From Alphaproteobacteria bacterium (GTDB lineage Bacteria; Pseudomonadota; Alphaproteobacteria; Bin95), in the NCBI GenBank assembly GCA_965660545.1, contig CBFIAF010000019.1, positions 2,372-66,371 of the forward strand: 64,000 nucleotides of DNA. The letters are read 5' to 3'. Position numbers and translations under genes: made by a program. Position 1 is the stretch's first letter. Every line of letters begins with the position of its first letter. Positions 1 to 12,583 of the stretch are shown in pieces. The notes under the pieces were generated by a model. The model worked only from the letters and a program-made list of their open reading frames with translations. It did no database searches and had not been told where the DNA came from.

Positions 1-670
1 GATCACTTATGAATGGGCATTGCTCTAGATAGGCGTCTATCGCTCGGCGGGCGGCAGGCAATATCGGCGCGATGCGCTGCTTGCCGCCTTTGCCGATAAC
101 GCTCATGGTCTCGCCAATTGGGGCCTGTCCCTGTGTCAGCGCCAGCGCTTCGCCGATCCGAAGGCCAGCGGCGTATAGCAATAGAAATAGGGCATGATCG
201 CGAAGGCTAACCCATGGTGCGGCACCTTCATGCGCCGGTTCGGCGGCCATTTCCAGCACATCACGGGCAGCTGCCTCGCTTATCGGGCGCGGTTGGCGTC
301 GTGGTTGCTTTGGCGCGCGAACGGCGGTGACGGCAGTTTTTTCGACGTATCCCTGCCGCGCAAAATATCGAAGCAGCCCCCGGATTGCAGCCAAGCCTCG
401 CGCCCGGCTCGCAGCAGAAACACCCCTGGCGGCACGCCTTGCAAGCCATGCACGATAGTCGCGGGCGTGGAGAGTTTGAATTGCTGGCAAGTCTGGTGGA
501 GCGCCCAGATGATTGGCCAGGAAGGTCAGGAAGTCAGCAATATCTTTAGTGTAGGCCCGCTCCGTATTCGCTGCCGCCCGCCGTGCTCCCATCAGCCAAG
601 CATGCCAGTCGGCGAGGGCAGTCGCCAGATCAGGCGCAATGGGCAGTTGGGCGAAGGGGGTATTAGCCAT
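1..670 (-). CDS. xerC: Tyrosine recombinase XerC (5' part; runs off the window start)
   Basis: Manual minus-strand translation from ATG at 670: MANTPFAQLPIAPDL...NTERAY...RDHALFLLLYAAGLRIGEAL...VIGKGGKQR. This has the box I Arg and GKGxK motifs and lies downstream of DUF484, the usual synteny. Not in the ORF track because it is open at the window edge. Confidence 0.88.
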   Translation of the reverse strand, partial: MANTPFAQLPIAPDLATALADWHAWLMGARRAAANTERAYTKDIADFLTFLANHLGAPPDLPAIQTLHARDYRAWLARRAARGVSAASRARGLAAIRGLLRYFARQGYVEKTAVTAVRAPKQPRRQPRPISEAAARDVLEMAAEPAHEGAAPWVSLRDHALFLLLYAAGLRIGEALALTQGQAPIGETMSVIGKGGKQRIAPILPAARRAIDAYLEQCPFISD

Positions 671-708
671 AGGCCGAGGTCATTTGCTTATAGGCGGCGC
701 TGGCGAAA

Positions 709-858
709 GTCCCCTCGCCACTCATAGGGGGGAGAGGCATCAGGGCGAGGGAGGGTATATCGGTTATGGGTTGGTGCGGCGATGCGGGCACAGCCAGTGC
801 GCTCTGCAAGCTTCCCCCCTCACCCTGCCCTCTCCCCCATGTAGGGGGCGAGGGTTCT
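709..858. repeat. BoxC-like palindromic intergenic repeat doublet (copy 1)
   Basis: Unit A 709-756 (gtcccctcgcc...gggagaggcatcagggcgagggaggg) and unit B 810-858 (gcttcccccctcaccctgccctctccccc...ggggcgagggttc). Both match the reverse complements of units at 19499-19614. Confidence 0.75.
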
Positions 859-879
859 AGGTTTGGTCTTCTTGCCCAT

Positions 880-1590
880 TCAGTGCTCATGCCCATGCAA
901 ATCCAGCCATGCAGCGACGGTGCCGCCAAGCGCGGAGCCTAAGAACGCCAAAAGGTCATCCGCTTGCTCAAGATCAAAGGACCCCGGCTCCCGGGCCCCA
1001 AAGGCCAGCATTGCTTTTGGGGCATCTGGCGTGATGTCCAGGCGAACCAGAGCAGCGGACTGGACGACGCCTGCGGCGGGGCCGAACAGTGTTGGGTCGG
1101 GGTCCATGTCTGAGATAAAGCGGGACCGGCGGTCAGCACCGCAGAGATATCCGTCGATATCGCCAGCTCTTAGCGCCTGCACGCCTGGCGGCATGGACAT
1201 GCCATCGCTCGGGCTGCCCTCAACGCAGAAGGTGACCGCTTCCATGTGCAGGATTTGCGGATACTGCTCGGTCACGCAGTCAATCAGGGCCTCGAAGCTT
1301 GGTGCCCGGATGGCAAGCAGCGTGGCTTCCATGATGGACGCCTGGCTTGATTGATTGGCGCGGGCGACGGCCAGCAGGTCCTGGGTCGTGCCCCGCAACG
1401 CTTTCAGCTCGTCCCGATGCCGCTCTACCATGAAGCGCTGCATATCGACAACTACGCCGCCGCCGCGATCTGGCGGGGTTAGGCTGTCCAGCAGTTCTGG
1501 GTGGTCTTGCAGAAATTGCCGGTTGGCGCGAAGCCAGGCCGCAACTGTATTCGCATCCAGGTCAAGAGTTGTGTCGTCGGCGTCGCTCAT
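880..1590 (-). CDS. DUF484 family protein
   Basis: VAAWLRANRQFLQDHPELL...GVVVDMQRF and LAFGAR...F...QADDLLAFL motifs; sits upstream of xerC. Confidence 0.85.
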   Translation of the reverse strand: MSDADDTTLDLDANTVAAWLRANRQFLQDHPELLDSLTPPDRGGGVVVDMQRFMVERHRDELKALRGTTQDLLAVARANQSSQASIMEATLLAIRAPSFEALIDCVTEQYPQILHMEAVTFCVEGSPSDGMSMPPGVQALRAGDIDGYLCGADRRSRFISDMDPDPTLFGPAAGVVQSAALVRLDITPDAPKAMLAFGAREPGSFDLEQADDLLAFLGSALGGTVAAWLDLHGHEH

Positions 1591-1591
1591 T

Positions 1592-2248
1592 CTAAAGGAT
1601 AGACTGGCCGGTTTTTTCCCAGTCGCTCAGGAAGGCTGCAAGCCCTTTATCTGTCAGCGGATGGGAATATAGCTGGCGGATGACATTCGGTGGGATTGTC
1701 GCTACATGGGACCCGGCCTTAGCAGCTGCCAGCAAGTGCTGCGGATGTCGGATGGAGGCTGCCAGAACTTCAGTTTCGAAGTATGGATAATTTTCATAGA
1801 TCAAAACAATATCTTCGATCAGCATCATGCCGTCTTCGCCGATATCATCCAGTCGACCAATGAACGGCGACACGAAGGATGCGCCCGCTTTTGCTGCCAG
1901 GAGTGCCTGGTTGGCGGAGAAGCAAAGCGTGACATTGACCATCGTACCTTCGCTGGATAATGCATGGCAGGTTTTCAGGCCATCCATCGTCAGCGGCACT
2001 TTGACCGTGACGTTGTCTGCGATCCTGGCCAGCTTGCGGCCTTCCTTCAGCATTGTATCGAAATCCGTCGCTGCGACTTCGGCGCTCACAGGGCCATCCA
2101 CCAGCCCAGAGATTTCTTCGATAACTTCAAGGATATTGCGGCCTGACTTAGCGATCAGGGATGGATTCGTGGTCACGCCGTCCAAGAGACCGGTTGCGGC
2201 GAGGTCGCGGATATCGTCTACGTCCGCTGTATCGACAAAAAACTTCAT
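1592..2248 (-). CDS. fsa: Transaldolase / fructose-6-phosphate aldolase (TalC/Fsa type)
   Basis: MKFFVDTAD...DGVTTNPSL...VKVP...NVTLCFS...SPFIGRLDD; start trimmed to the ATG at 2248. Confidence 0.92.
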   Translation of the reverse strand: MKFFVDTADVDDIRDLAATGLLDGVTTNPSLIAKSGRNILEVIEEISGLVDGPVSAEVAATDFDTMLKEGRKLARIADNVTVKVPLTMDGLKTCHALSSEGTMVNVTLCFSANQALLAAKAGASFVSPFIGRLDDIGEDGMMLIEDIVLIYENYPYFETEVLAASIRHPQHLLAAAKAGSHVATIPPNVIRQLYSHPLTDKGLAAFLSDWEKTGQSIL

Positions 2249-2332
2249 TCTGACCACTTTCCCGTTGAATATTTGCGGCAGGGCGACCTGGTGGCATTCC
2301 ACCGGGCGTGCTTTTTAAGGTATTCATACCTG

Positions 2333-4561
2333 ATGGCGAAACCTGAGGCCAGCGCTCTGACAGACTTGTTCGATGATGAATCGGATGGCTTCGCCGTCCG
2401 CCCTGTATTAACAACCGCGCCGCTGGCGGGGCCGCTCTCATATCTCGTCCCTGTAGAAACGCCTGCAGGCGCACTGTTTGAGACGCCGCTTGGTGGTCGA
2501 ACCGTCACAGGCGTCGTCTGGGATCAGGATCCGGCGGATAAGCCGCTCGACTTTCCGCGATCTAAGCTTAAGGTGGTTGAGCACCGGTTGGATGCGCCGC
2601 TGCTGCCCCCCCCCCTTCGCCAATTCATTGACTGGACCGCGCGGTATGTGATGTCGCCACCGGGTGCGGTTCTGCGTATGGCCTTGCCGCGCGCCGCCCT
2701 GGCACCGCCGCCAAAACGCACTCTTTACCGGTCGCCGCTTGTAGGCCCTAATCCGGAAGCGCGGATGACGGCGGCACGGCGTCGAGCGATGGCGGAACTT
2801 CAGGATAAGCCAGCTCTCCCGGCGATGGAGGCGGCGCGGGTTGCAAATGTCAGCCCGGCGGTAGTGAAGGGCATGGCGGTGGCGGGGCTGCTTGAGGCCG
2901 TCACGATTGTTGGGGATGCGCCGATGCCGGTGCTGGACCCCGAAGGCCGCAAGCCATCTCTTGGGGCAGCCCAGGCAGAGGCCGTTCAGGCACTAGAGGC
3001 GTCGATGCGGTCAGAGTCATTCTCTGTCACGTTGCTGGATGGCGTCACCGGGTCAGGCAAAACGGTCGTTTATATGGAAGCTATAGCGGAAGCATTGGCG
3101 GCTGGTCGCCAAGCACTTTGCCTGTTGCCCGAAATCGCATTGACGGACCAGTGGCTTGACCGATTTCAGGACCGCTTTGGTGCCCGGCCGCTTGTATGGC
3201 ATTCGGAATTGTCCGCCGTTGAACGCCGCCGCGCCTGGCGTGCAATCGGGACGGGGGAGGCGGGCGTCGTCGTCGGTGCACGGTCTGCTCTCTATCTGCC
3301 ATTCCCGCGCCTTGGCCTCATCATTGTAGACGAGGAGCACGACGGTGCCTTTAAGCAGGAGGATGGCGTGCGCTATCATGCCAGGGATATGGCGGTCGTG
3401 CGCGGGCAGCTGGAGCATGCAGCGGTTATCTTGGCATCTGCCACACCAAGCCTGGAGACCCTGGCAAACGTGAACAGAGGCCGTTACGCGCGCCTTGCAT
3501 TACCGCACCGTCATGGAGGGGCAAAGAAACCTGATATCGGCCTGATTGATCTCCGTAGTCAGCCGCCTGAGCGTGGCAAGTGGTTATCCGCCCCTTTAGT
3601 TGATGCAATTGATGATGCGCTGGCCAACCAGAAGCAAAGCCTGCTCTTCCTGAACCGCCGGGGCTATGCGCCGTTGACGCTCTGCCAGGCTTGTGGCGAG
3701 CGTTTGGAATGCCCCCATTGCTCTGCATGGCTGGTGGAGCATCGCCTGCATGGTCGCTTGATTTGTCATCATTGCGGCTACTCCGCCCGCCCACCTTCCA
3801 ATTGCCAGGCTTGTGGTGCGGAAGATCGGTTTGCCCCCTCTGGCCCCGGCGTTGAGCGGGTGGCGGAAGAAGCGCTTGCCCGGTGGCCTGATGCGCGGGT
3901 CGAAGTCGCGTCGTCCGATACATTGGCAGCACCCCAGGCGATCCGTGATTTTACGCAGCGTATGGCGGCGGGGGAGATTGATATCGCTATCGGTACCCAA
4001 ATTCTGGCAAAGGGCCACCATTTCCCGGAATTAACTGTCGTCGGCATTGTGGACGGTGACCTTGGCCTTGGCGGCGGAGACCTGCGCGCTGCGGAGCGCA
4101 CCTACCAGCTGTTGACCCAGGCTGCTGGACGGGCAGGCCGGGCCGATTCGCCTGGGCGCGCATTAATCCAGACCCATCAGCCCGAACACCCCGTTATGCA
4201 GGCGATTGCAGCATCAGACAGGGATGCGTTCGTCACAGCCGAATCCGCTGCCCGCCAGCTGGCTGGCATGCCACCCCATGGACGGCTCGTCGCAATTATT
4301 ATTACCGGTAAGGACTTTGCGGCGACAGAGCGCACGGCCCGTATCGTTGCCCGTGCAGCACCGCGCTGCGAGGGGGTGCGTGTTCTTGGTCCAGCGCCTG
4401 CGCCGCTGGCACAACTGCGCGGCCGTTGGCGTTTTCGCCTATTAGTCCAGGGGCACAGGGAGACGCATATGCAGGCATATCTGAAGGAATATCTGGGCCC
4501 GGTGGAGATTAAGGGCGGGGTACGATTGCATGTGGATTTTGATCCCTACAGTTTCCTTTGA
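2333..4561 (+). CDS. priA: Primosomal protein N' (replication restart helicase)
   Basis: GVTGSGKT Walker A, DEEH, LNRRGY, Zn-binding CxxC repeats, QAAGRAGR; start placed at ATG 2333. Confidence 0.95.
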   Translation: MAKPEASALTDLFDDESDGFAVRPVLTTAPLAGPLSYLVPVETPAGALFETPLGGRTVTGVVWDQDPADKPLDFPRSKLKVVEHRLDAPLLPPPLRQFIDWTARYVMSPPGAVLRMALPRAALAPPPKRTLYRSPLVGPNPEARMTAARRRAMAELQDKPALPAMEAARVANVSPAVVKGMAVAGLLEAVTIVGDAPMPVLDPEGRKPSLGAAQAEAVQALEASMRSESFSVTLLDGVTGSGKTVVYMEAIAEALAAGRQALCLLPEIALTDQWLDRFQDRFGARPLVWHSELSAVERRRAWRAIGTGEAGVVVGARSALYLPFPRLGLIIVDEEHDGAFKQEDGVRYHARDMAVVRGQLEHAAVILASATPSLETLANVNRGRYARLALPHRHGGAKKPDIGLIDLRSQPPERGKWLSAPLVDAIDDALANQKQSLLFLNRRGYAPLTLCQACGERLECPHCSAWLVEHRLHGRLICHHCGYSARPPSNCQACGAEDRFAPSGPGVERVAEEALARWPDARVEVASSDTLAAPQAIRDFTQRMAAGEIDIAIGTQILAKGHHFPELTVVGIVDGDLGLGGGDLRAAERTYQLLTQAAGRAGRADSPGRALIQTHQPEHPVMQAIAASDRDAFVTAESAARQLAGMPPHGRLVAIIITGKDFAATERTARIVARAAPRCEGVRVLGPAPAPLAQLRGRWRFRLLVQGHRETHMQAYLKEYLGPVEIKGGVRLHVDFDPYSFL

Positions 4562-4850
4562 GACTTGCGGCAATTTGCTACAAGTCTGAAACCCAGGCCC
4601 GAGCCTAAGCGGAAATCCAGGCGCTCTGGCCCTTCCTGCGTCAGTATGGACACACGAGGTCTCGCCTAGAACGCTTGCGTGGCCTCATACCGTATGATAG
4701 CCAGCTTTCCGTTCCGACTGTAGGTTCTTAGACGAATGTACGGCGGACTATTCGAAGCGTAGTTGACGCGGTAGTCTTTGGCTATCCGCTTAGAGCGCTC
4801 ATTCGTCATGTCAAGGCGGCGTGTTCGCCAACCATAGATGAGGGTTAAGG

Positions 4851-5411
4851 GTGGCCTCCCAATCTGGATCCATAATCGGGCTCGCCGGGCGTTATGCTTC
4901 GGCTTTGTATGAGCTCGCGGACGAGCAGAAAGCGCTCGACAAGGTCGCGGATGATCTCCGTGGTCTGAATGATGCGCTGGTTGAAAGCGATGACCTGCGC
5001 CGTATGGTACGTAGTCCCGTTATATCCCGTTCCGAACAGCAGAGCGCCATGTCTGCATTTGCGGGTAAGGCTGGCATGCATGGGCTGACCAAGAACTTTG
5101 TGCTCGTATTGGCGCGCAATCGCCGCTTGTTTGTGCTCGACCAAATGATTGGCGCTTTCCTCGATCTGCTGGCTGAAAAGCGCGGCGAGGTAACGGCGGA
5201 GGTCACGACGGCGAGGCCGCTGGAGGACAGTGCTCTGGCCAAGATAACAGACGCGATTAAGCAGACCGTCGGCGCGCAGGCGCGGGTCGAAACCAAAGTT
5301 AATCCGGACTTATTGGGCGGGCTTGTCGTTCGCCTTGGGTCCAGAATGTATGACAACTCGCTCAGCTCCAAGCTGCAGCGCCTTGAACTCGCCATGAAGG
5401 GAGCTGGTTGA
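4851..5411 (+). CDS. atpH: F1 ATP synthase subunit delta
   Basis: [12 protein letters not shown]...[17 protein letters not shown]; first gene of the atp F1 operon. Confidence 0.95.
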   Translation: MASQSGSIIGLAGRYASALYELADEQKALDKVADDLRGLNDALVESDDLRRMVRSPVISRSEQQSAMSAFAGKAGMHGLTKNFVLVLARNRRLFVLDQMIGAFLDLLAEKRGEVTAEVTTARPLEDSALAKITDAIKQTVGAQARVETKVNPDLLGGLVVRLGSRMYDNSLSSKLQRLELAMKGAG

Positions 5412-6940
5412 TGGAAATTCGGGCAGCCGAGATTTCTGCAATCTTGAAGAATGAGATTGCAAACTTCGGAACTGAAGCTGACGTAGCTGAAGTCGGTCAG
5501 GTTATTTCAGTCGGTGATGGCGTTGCGCGCGTCTTCGGCCTTGATGAAGTGCAGGCCGGTGAAATGGTCGAGTTTGCCGATGGTTCGAAGGGCATGGCCT
5601 TGAACCTCGAAACCGACAATGTCGGCGTCGTTATTTTCGGTGACGACCGCAACATATCTGAAGGCGATAACGTCAAGCGGACCGGGGAAATCGTTGACGT
5701 GCCCGTGGGCAAAGGCCTGCTTGGCCGCGTTGTTGATGGTCTCGGTAACCCGATTGATGGCAAAGGCCCAATTGAGGGCGACGAGCGCCGGTTGGCTGAA
5801 GTTAAAGCCCCCGGCATTATCCCTCGTCAGTCAGTTGATGAGCCGATGCAGACCGGCCTTAAGGCACTCGATGCGTTGGTTCCAGTTGGCCGTGGCCAGC
5901 GCGAGCTGATCATTGGTGACCGCCAGACCGGCAAAACAGCTGTCGCCATTGACGCTATTATAAACCAGAAGCTGGCAAACGCAGGCGACGACGAGAGTAA
6001 GAAGCTCTACTGCATCTATGTCGCTGTTGGCCAAAAGCGCTCCAACGTGGCCCAGGTGGTTAAGACGTTGGAAGAATACGGCGCGATGGAATACACAATC
6101 GTCGTCGCGGCAACGGCCTCTGAGCCTGCGCCGATGCAGTTCTTGGCCCCATATTCCGGTTGTGCCATGGGCGAATGGTTCCGTGACAACGGCATGCATG
6201 GATTGATCGTTTATGATGATCTTTCCAAGCAGGCGACCGCTTATCGTCAGATGTCCCTGCTGCTGCGCCGTCCGCCAGGACGTGAAGCCTATCCAGGCGA
6301 CGTTTTCTATCTTCATAGCCGCCTTCTAGAGCGTGCTGCGAAGATGAGTGACGCGAATGGCAGTGGTTCCTTGACGGCGCTGCCGATCATTGAAACCCAA
6401 GGCAATGACGTTTCCGCGTTTATTCCAACCAACGTGATTTCGATCACCGACGGTCAGATCTTCCTGGAAACGAACTTATTCTTCAAAGGCGTCCGCCCGG
6501 CCATTAACGTTGGTCTGTCGGTTAGCCGTGTTGGCTCCGCCGCGCAAACGAAGGCGATGAAGAAGGTTGCTGGGTCCATTAAGCTCGAACTCGCGCAGTT
6601 CCGTGAAATGGAAGCGTTCAGCCAGTTCGCGTCTGATCTTGATGCCGCGACCCAGCGCTTGCTGGCCCGTGGTGCGCGCTTGACGGAAATTCTGAAGCAG
6701 GGCCAATATTCACCGCTTTCCGTTGCTGAGCAAGTCATGTCCATCTACGCCGGTGTTAATGGCCATCTGGATACGATCCCAGTGCGTGACATCGTGCGCT
6801 TTGAAGAAGCCATGCTTTCTGCTGCCCGAGACCGGGTTGACGATGAAATGGCGGATATTAACCAGACAGGCACTCTCAGCGAGTCCTCAGAGGAAGCGAT
6901 TAAATCCTTTCTCGTCGATTTCGCGAAGAACTTCGCCTGA
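5411..6940 (+). CDS. atpA: F1 ATP synthase subunit alpha
   Basis: [31 protein letters not shown]. Confidence 0.98.
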   Translation: MEIRAAEISAILKNEIANFGTEADVAEVGQVISVGDGVARVFGLDEVQAGEMVEFADGSKGMALNLETDNVGVVIFGDDRNISEGDNVKRTGEIVDVPVGKGLLGRVVDGLGNPIDGKGPIEGDERRLAEVKAPGIIPRQSVDEPMQTGLKALDALVPVGRGQRELIIGDRQTGKTAVAIDAIINQKLANAGDDESKKLYCIYVAVGQKRSNVAQVVKTLEEYGAMEYTIVVAATASEPAPMQFLAPYSGCAMGEWFRDNGMHGLIVYDDLSKQATAYRQMSLLLRRPPGREAYPGDVFYLHSRLLERAAKMSDANGSGSLTALPIIETQGNDVSAFIPTNVISITDGQIFLETNLFFKGVRPAINVGLSVSRVGSAAQTKAMKKVAGSIKLELAQFREMEAFSQFASDLDAATQRLLARGARLTEILKQGQYSPLSVAEQVMSIYAGVNGHLDTIPVRDIVRFEEAMLSAARDRVDDEMADINQTGTLSESSEEAIKSFLVDFAKNFA

Positions 6941-6988
6941 TCTTCGGCGTCAAAGCAGTAGTAACGAGAGAAACGGGAAGCGACGCCC

Positions 6989-7879
6989 ATGGCCAGTTTG
7001 CAGGAGCTCCGCGGTAGCATCGCCAGTGTTCAGGCGACTCGTAAGATCACCTCGGCAATGAAGATGGTTGCCGCGGCGAAATTGCGTCGTGCCCAGGAGC
7101 AGGCTGAAGCCGCACGCCCCTATGCACAGCGCATGGAGCGTATGCTCGCGTCGCTGGGCGCAAGTGTGGAAGGTTCGCCGGGCGCACCAGCATTGATTGC
7201 GGGCACAGGGTCTGATCAGACGCATTTGATTGTCGTTGCTACAGCCGACCGTGGGCTTTGCGGCGGGTTCAACGGCAATATCGTTCGCCGTGCGCGCATT
7301 TTGGCGCAGGAACTGACAAGCGAAGGGAAAATGGTAAAGCTGCTGACCGTGGGCCGTAAAGGCCGTGATCAGATGCGTCGTGAATTTGGCGAAAACATTG
7401 TGCATCATATTGATGGGCTTGGTCGTCGCTCCGTGTCTTTTGAAGAGGCGGACAGCGTTGCTGATGTTCTGCGGACAATGTTTGCAGACGGCGAGTTCGA
7501 CGTTTGCACGCTAATTTACGCCCAATTTAAATCCGCCATCGCGAATGTGGTGACGGCGCAGCAGCTTATCCCGGCAGAAGCGCCGGCTTTAACTGAAGGT
7601 GAAGAAGGAGTGGATCTCGGCGGCGCGGTCTACGAATACGAGCCGACTGAAGAATCAATTCTAGAAGAACTGCTACCGCGCAATGTCTCGGTGCAGTTAT
7701 TTAGGGCGCTGCTTGAAAACGCAGCCTCTGAACATGGCAGCCGCATGACTGCCATGGACAATGCTACTCGCAACGCAGGCGATATGATCAATAGCCTTAC
7801 GTTAACCTATAACCGAACGCGACAGGCGATGATTACGAAAGAGCTTATCGAAATCATCTCTGGCGCTGAGGCCCTTTAG
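6989..7879 (+). CDS. atpG: F1 ATP synthase subunit gamma
   Basis: [31 protein letters not shown]...[16 protein letters not shown]. Confidence 0.97.
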   Translation: MASLQELRGSIASVQATRKITSAMKMVAAAKLRRAQEQAEAARPYAQRMERMLASLGASVEGSPGAPALIAGTGSDQTHLIVVATADRGLCGGFNGNIVRRARILAQELTSEGKMVKLLTVGRKGRDQMRREFGENIVHHIDGLGRRSVSFEEADSVADVLRTMFADGEFDVCTLIYAQFKSAIANVVTAQQLIPAEAPALTEGEEGVDLGGAVYEYEPTEESILEELLPRNVSVQLFRALLENAASEHGSRMTAMDNATRNAGDMINSLTLTYNRTRQAMITKELIEIISGAEAL

Positions 7880-7900
7880 CGGCCTAACCTATTTCTTTGA

Positions 7901-9343
<1,443 letters not shown>

Positions 9344-9392
9344 AAACCCGCACGCAGTCAGTTAGGCCTAGAGCCTGTTAGGATTGGGAGAT

Positions 9393-9812
9393 ATGGCGGA
9401 CAATAAAGTCGCTTTTGAGCTGGTTTCGCCAGAACGCCTCGTTGTTTCATTGCCGGTAGACATGGTTGTCGTTCCTGGCGGGGAAGGCGACTTCGGTGTT
9501 CTGCGGGGCCACGCTCCGTTGATTGCTTCGGTTCGTCCCGGTGTGATTGAAATTTACGAGGGCCGTGAGGTCATCGATCGCATATTTGTGGCTGGCGGGT
9601 TCGCTGAAGTGACAAGTGAGCGTTGTACTGTGCTGGCAGAATCCGCTATGCGCGTATCCGACATTGATGTGGGGCGTGCGGAGAAGGATCTCCAAACGGC
9701 CCAAGACGCTTTGGCTGACGCTGGTGATGATGAGGCGCGTGCAGACGCAGAGCGCCGTGTCGATGTCGCCCTTGGCCAGATCGCCGCAGTGCGCCGCAGC
9801 GCAATGCACTGA
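9393..9812 (+). CDS. atpC: F1 ATP synthase subunit epsilon
   Basis: FELVSPER...PGGEGDFGVLRGHAP...GGFAEV; start at ATG 9393. Confidence 0.95.
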   Translation: MADNKVAFELVSPERLVVSLPVDMVVVPGGEGDFGVLRGHAPLIASVRPGVIEIYEGREVIDRIFVAGGFAEVTSERCTVLAESAMRVSDIDVGRAEKDLQTAQDALADAGDDEARADAERRVDVALGQIAAVRRSAMH

Positions 9813-10048
9813 CGGATGCCTGTCGGAGCTAGGGCCAATATACTTCCAAAATTTTACTCGGTAAGGCGTGGCGTGTTCGGCTGCGAGGTCAGTGCTGTCT
9901 GCAATGTGCATTCGCCACAAAATGATCACAATTGCGTTCTTTAGATCAGACTTGATAGGTACTGCCTACACCGTTAATTATTGTGGTATTGCAGGCTACT
10001 TTATCGCGCGACCTTTGCGCTACAGATGATTTGCGAGGGAGAAGCATC

Positions 10049-10855
10049 GTGTCGACCCATTGGTCTGTCGATGACATTCCGTGGGATGGTTTCCGAGCGG
10101 ACCTTGTCGACAAACAGCTTGTAAAGATTGTGAAAGCGGCGGCGTTGGTTGAGTCAAACGCTGACGACTACGCGAGCTATATTTGCAACGTATTCCACGA
10201 TGACGCGACTATGCAGAAGCTTGTCCGGGGCTGGGCGGTTGAGGAAGTGCAGCATGGCGTTGTGCTTGGGAAGTGGGCGAAGATGGCCGACGCCGCGTTT
10301 GATTATGACGCGCGCTTCCAACGGTTCCGTGAAGGTTACAGTATCGAAGTAGAAAGCGACCAAAGCGTGCGCGGGTCTCGCTCTGGCGAATTGATCGCTC
10401 GATGCATGGTCGAAGTCGGCACAAGCTCCTACTACACAGCCATTGCTGAAGCGTCTGAAGAGCCGGTCCTGCGGGAAATCTGCCGCCGTATCGCTACGGA
10501 CGAATGGCGGCATTATGCGATGTTCTACAAAGCATTAAAGCGTTACCTGGAGGTCGAGCAGCCCAGCCGCCTCCTCCGCCTTCGCATCGCTGTCAGTCGC
10601 ATCGCTGAAAGCGAAGACGACGAACTGGCCTATGCGTTTTATGCCGCGAACGATGATGAAGCGTCCTATGACAGGAAGCGTTGCGCGAAAGAATACCTGG
10701 TGCTGGCCATGCCGCTCTATCGCCCGCAGCATCTCGAGCGCGCGATGGCGATGGTTTTGAAGGCGGTTGGGTTTCAGCCGCGCGGGCGGATCAATCGCAC
10801 GCTGACCAAAGGCTTCACCCGCTTTATGGAAATCCGCCTCAAGCTTATAACTTAG
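10049..10855 (+). CDS. Ferritin-like diiron protein (acyl-ACP desaturase-like)
   Basis: Two ExxH motifs (EEVQH, DEWRH) plus HWSVDDIPW N-terminus; GTG start at 10049 after GAGGGAG. Confidence 0.78.
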   Translation: MSTHWSVDDIPWDGFRADLVDKQLVKIVKAAALVESNADDYASYICNVFHDDATMQKLVRGWAVEEVQHGVVLGKWAKMADAAFDYDARFQRFREGYSIEVESDQSVRGSRSGELIARCMVEVGTSSYYTAIAEASEEPVLREICRRIATDEWRHYAMFYKALKRYLEVEQPSRLLRLRIAVSRIAESEDDELAYAFYAANDDEASYDRKRCAKEYLVLAMPLYRPQHLERAMAMVLKAVGFQPRGRINRTLTKGFTRFMEIRLKLIT

Positions 10856-10858
10856 TCG

Positions 10859-11419
10859 TTACGCAATCCCCACCGTCATTGAATGGGCGGTATAAACGGG
10901 TTGATCGGTAACGCTGTTAAACCCAGCACCTCTAACTTGCTGCCGGATGTCCTCTGCGGCGACACGGCGTCCACCGCTTGCCATGCCCGGAATATCTCCG
11001 GTTATCCAATCGACAATGACGAGCGGTGCTCCAGGCTGGAGAATACGTCGGCATTCGTGCAACAGGCTCATACTGTCATCTAACTCATGATGCACTTGGA
11101 GCATGACCAGCATGGCGGCGCTGGCATCGGCAAGCGGTAGGTCTGCGGGGCCGGGCATGAGTTTAGTCGCCAAATTCCCCAAACCTTCCGCTTTGGCATC
11201 AGCCGTAAGCAGCTCAACCATGCCTGCCTGGATATCACAGGCGATGATTTCGCGCGCCGGCAGTAATCGCGCGAATGTTAGGCTAACGAAGCCAACACCA
11301 GCACCGACATCTGCAATGGGGCCATAGGCCAGCGGTTGCACATGATCCAGTATCGTCGCCGGATCAATCTGCTTCAGCCGCGCCGGGTCGCGAAGCCGGG
11401 CGATACGGGCGGGGTCCAT
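10859..11419 (-). CDS. Class I SAM-dependent methyltransferase
   Basis: IADVGAGVG motif I, VHHEL, RRILQPGA, IVDW; start approximate. Confidence 0.8.
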   Translation of the reverse strand: MDPARIARLRDPARLKQIDPATILDHVQPLAYGPIADVGAGVGFVSLTFARLLPAREIIACDIQAGMVELLTADAKAEGLGNLATKLMPGPADLPLADASAAMLVMLQVHHELDDSMSLLHECRRILQPGAPLVIVDWITGDIPGMASGGRRVAAEDIRQQVRGAGFNSVTDQPVYTAHSMTVGIA

Positions 11420-11566
11420 TTTTAGTAGATCAGCCACTAGATTTGCTTTCGATGATATCAGTACTCTTTCCCAGGCGTAGACCGGGATTGGCCGCAACAC
11501 AACGTGCTCTTGCCTGCAAGCGCGTTTCCAGGCGGAATGGTGGCAGACATATGGGAATGAGTGTTC

Positions 11567-12391
11567 ATGGAAATTATCGACGCGCAAATTCATCTTTGGG
11601 GTTCTGGTCTGCCAAGCAATCTATCGCACCGCCAAGTTTCTTCGTTCGATACGGAGGAAGCGGTTGCGATGATGGATGCGGCCGGCGTCTATGGGGCGGT
11701 CATCCATCCGCCGGGCTGGGATCCTGGGTCCAACGCGATGGCATTTAAAGCAGTAGCAGATTACCCAGGCCGATTCGCAATCATGGGATCGCTGCCGCTG
11801 GAAGACCCGGCCTCGCGGGGCAAGATCGCCGGTTGGCGCGATCAACCAGGCATGTTAGGGCTGCGTTACACGTTTACAAATAAGCAAGGGCAGCGCCAAT
11901 TGCATGAAGGCCACCTCGATTGGCTATTTGAGGAGGCAGAGAAAGCGGGTGTGCCGATAGCCGCACTTTGTCCGGATTCGCTGGCTCAATTCGGCCAGAT
12001 CGCGGCACGGCACCCGGGCCTCAAAATCACCATTGACCACCTTGGCGGTCGCGGTGGCACCACGACGCTGAAAGACGCCGCATCGATGACCCATATTCCA
12101 GATTTGCTGGCGTTGGCGAAGCATCCCAACATTGCTGTGAAAGCAACGGGCGCACCTGGATATTCAAGCGAGCCATTCCCGTTCCCCGCGATGCATACAT
12201 ATCTGGAGCAGATCTATCAGGCATTTGGCCCGGCTCGCATGTTCTGGGGGACGGACATCACCAAAATGCCGTGCTCATGGCAGCAATGTGTGGAGATGTT
12301 CACGGCAGAATTGCCGTTCATTGCCTCAGAAGACTTGCTGCTGATCATGGGCCAATCGATTCGGGCTTGGTGGGGCTGGGACCAGGCCTAA
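11567..12391 (+). CDS. Amidohydrolase family protein (Amidohydro_2, lactonase-like)
   Basis: IIDAQIHLW, IDHLGG, RMFWGTD motifs. Confidence 0.82.
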   Translation: MEIIDAQIHLWGSGLPSNLSHRQVSSFDTEEAVAMMDAAGVYGAVIHPPGWDPGSNAMAFKAVADYPGRFAIMGSLPLEDPASRGKIAGWRDQPGMLGLRYTFTNKQGQRQLHEGHLDWLFEEAEKAGVPIAALCPDSLAQFGQIAARHPGLKITIDHLGGRGGTTTLKDAASMTHIPDLLALAKHPNIAVKATGAPGYSSEPFPFPAMHTYLEQIYQAFGPARMFWGTDITKMPCSWQQCVEMFTAELPFIASEDLLLIMGQSIRAWWGWDQA

Positions 12392-12396
12392 TTGGC

Positions 12397-12579
12397 TTAG
12401 GTTTCGGCGGTGTCCGGCTCTTCCCGCGTGATCGCTTGGCCGCAGATGACGCGGCCTTTTGTTGGGTCAAAGGTTAGGGAGGTGGCGCTGTGCAGCTCCC
12501 AGCCGTCATTTAGCGCTTCAGTGATGCGATCACAAAAATTGCGGTCATCGGTGCCGGTTAGAAAACGGTAGCGGCGCAT
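12397..12579 (-). CDS. DUF1737 domain small protein
   Basis: YRFLTGTDDRNFCDRITEALNDGWELH...CGQAI pattern. Confidence 0.75.
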   Translation of the reverse strand: MRRYRFLTGTDDRNFCDRITEALNDGWELHSATSLTFDPTKGRVICGQAITREEPDTAET

Positions 12580-12583
12580 TGCA

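Noticed and set aside
1-670. Tyrosine recombinase as a prophage or island integrase
   Set aside because: Sequence and DUF484-fsa-priA context fit chromosomal XerC; no att site, tRNA or phage genes nearby.
194-929. Short ORFs 194..727, 639..860 and 663..929
   Set aside because: They are antisense to xerC or translations of the palindromic repeat (PLTLPSP..GRG).
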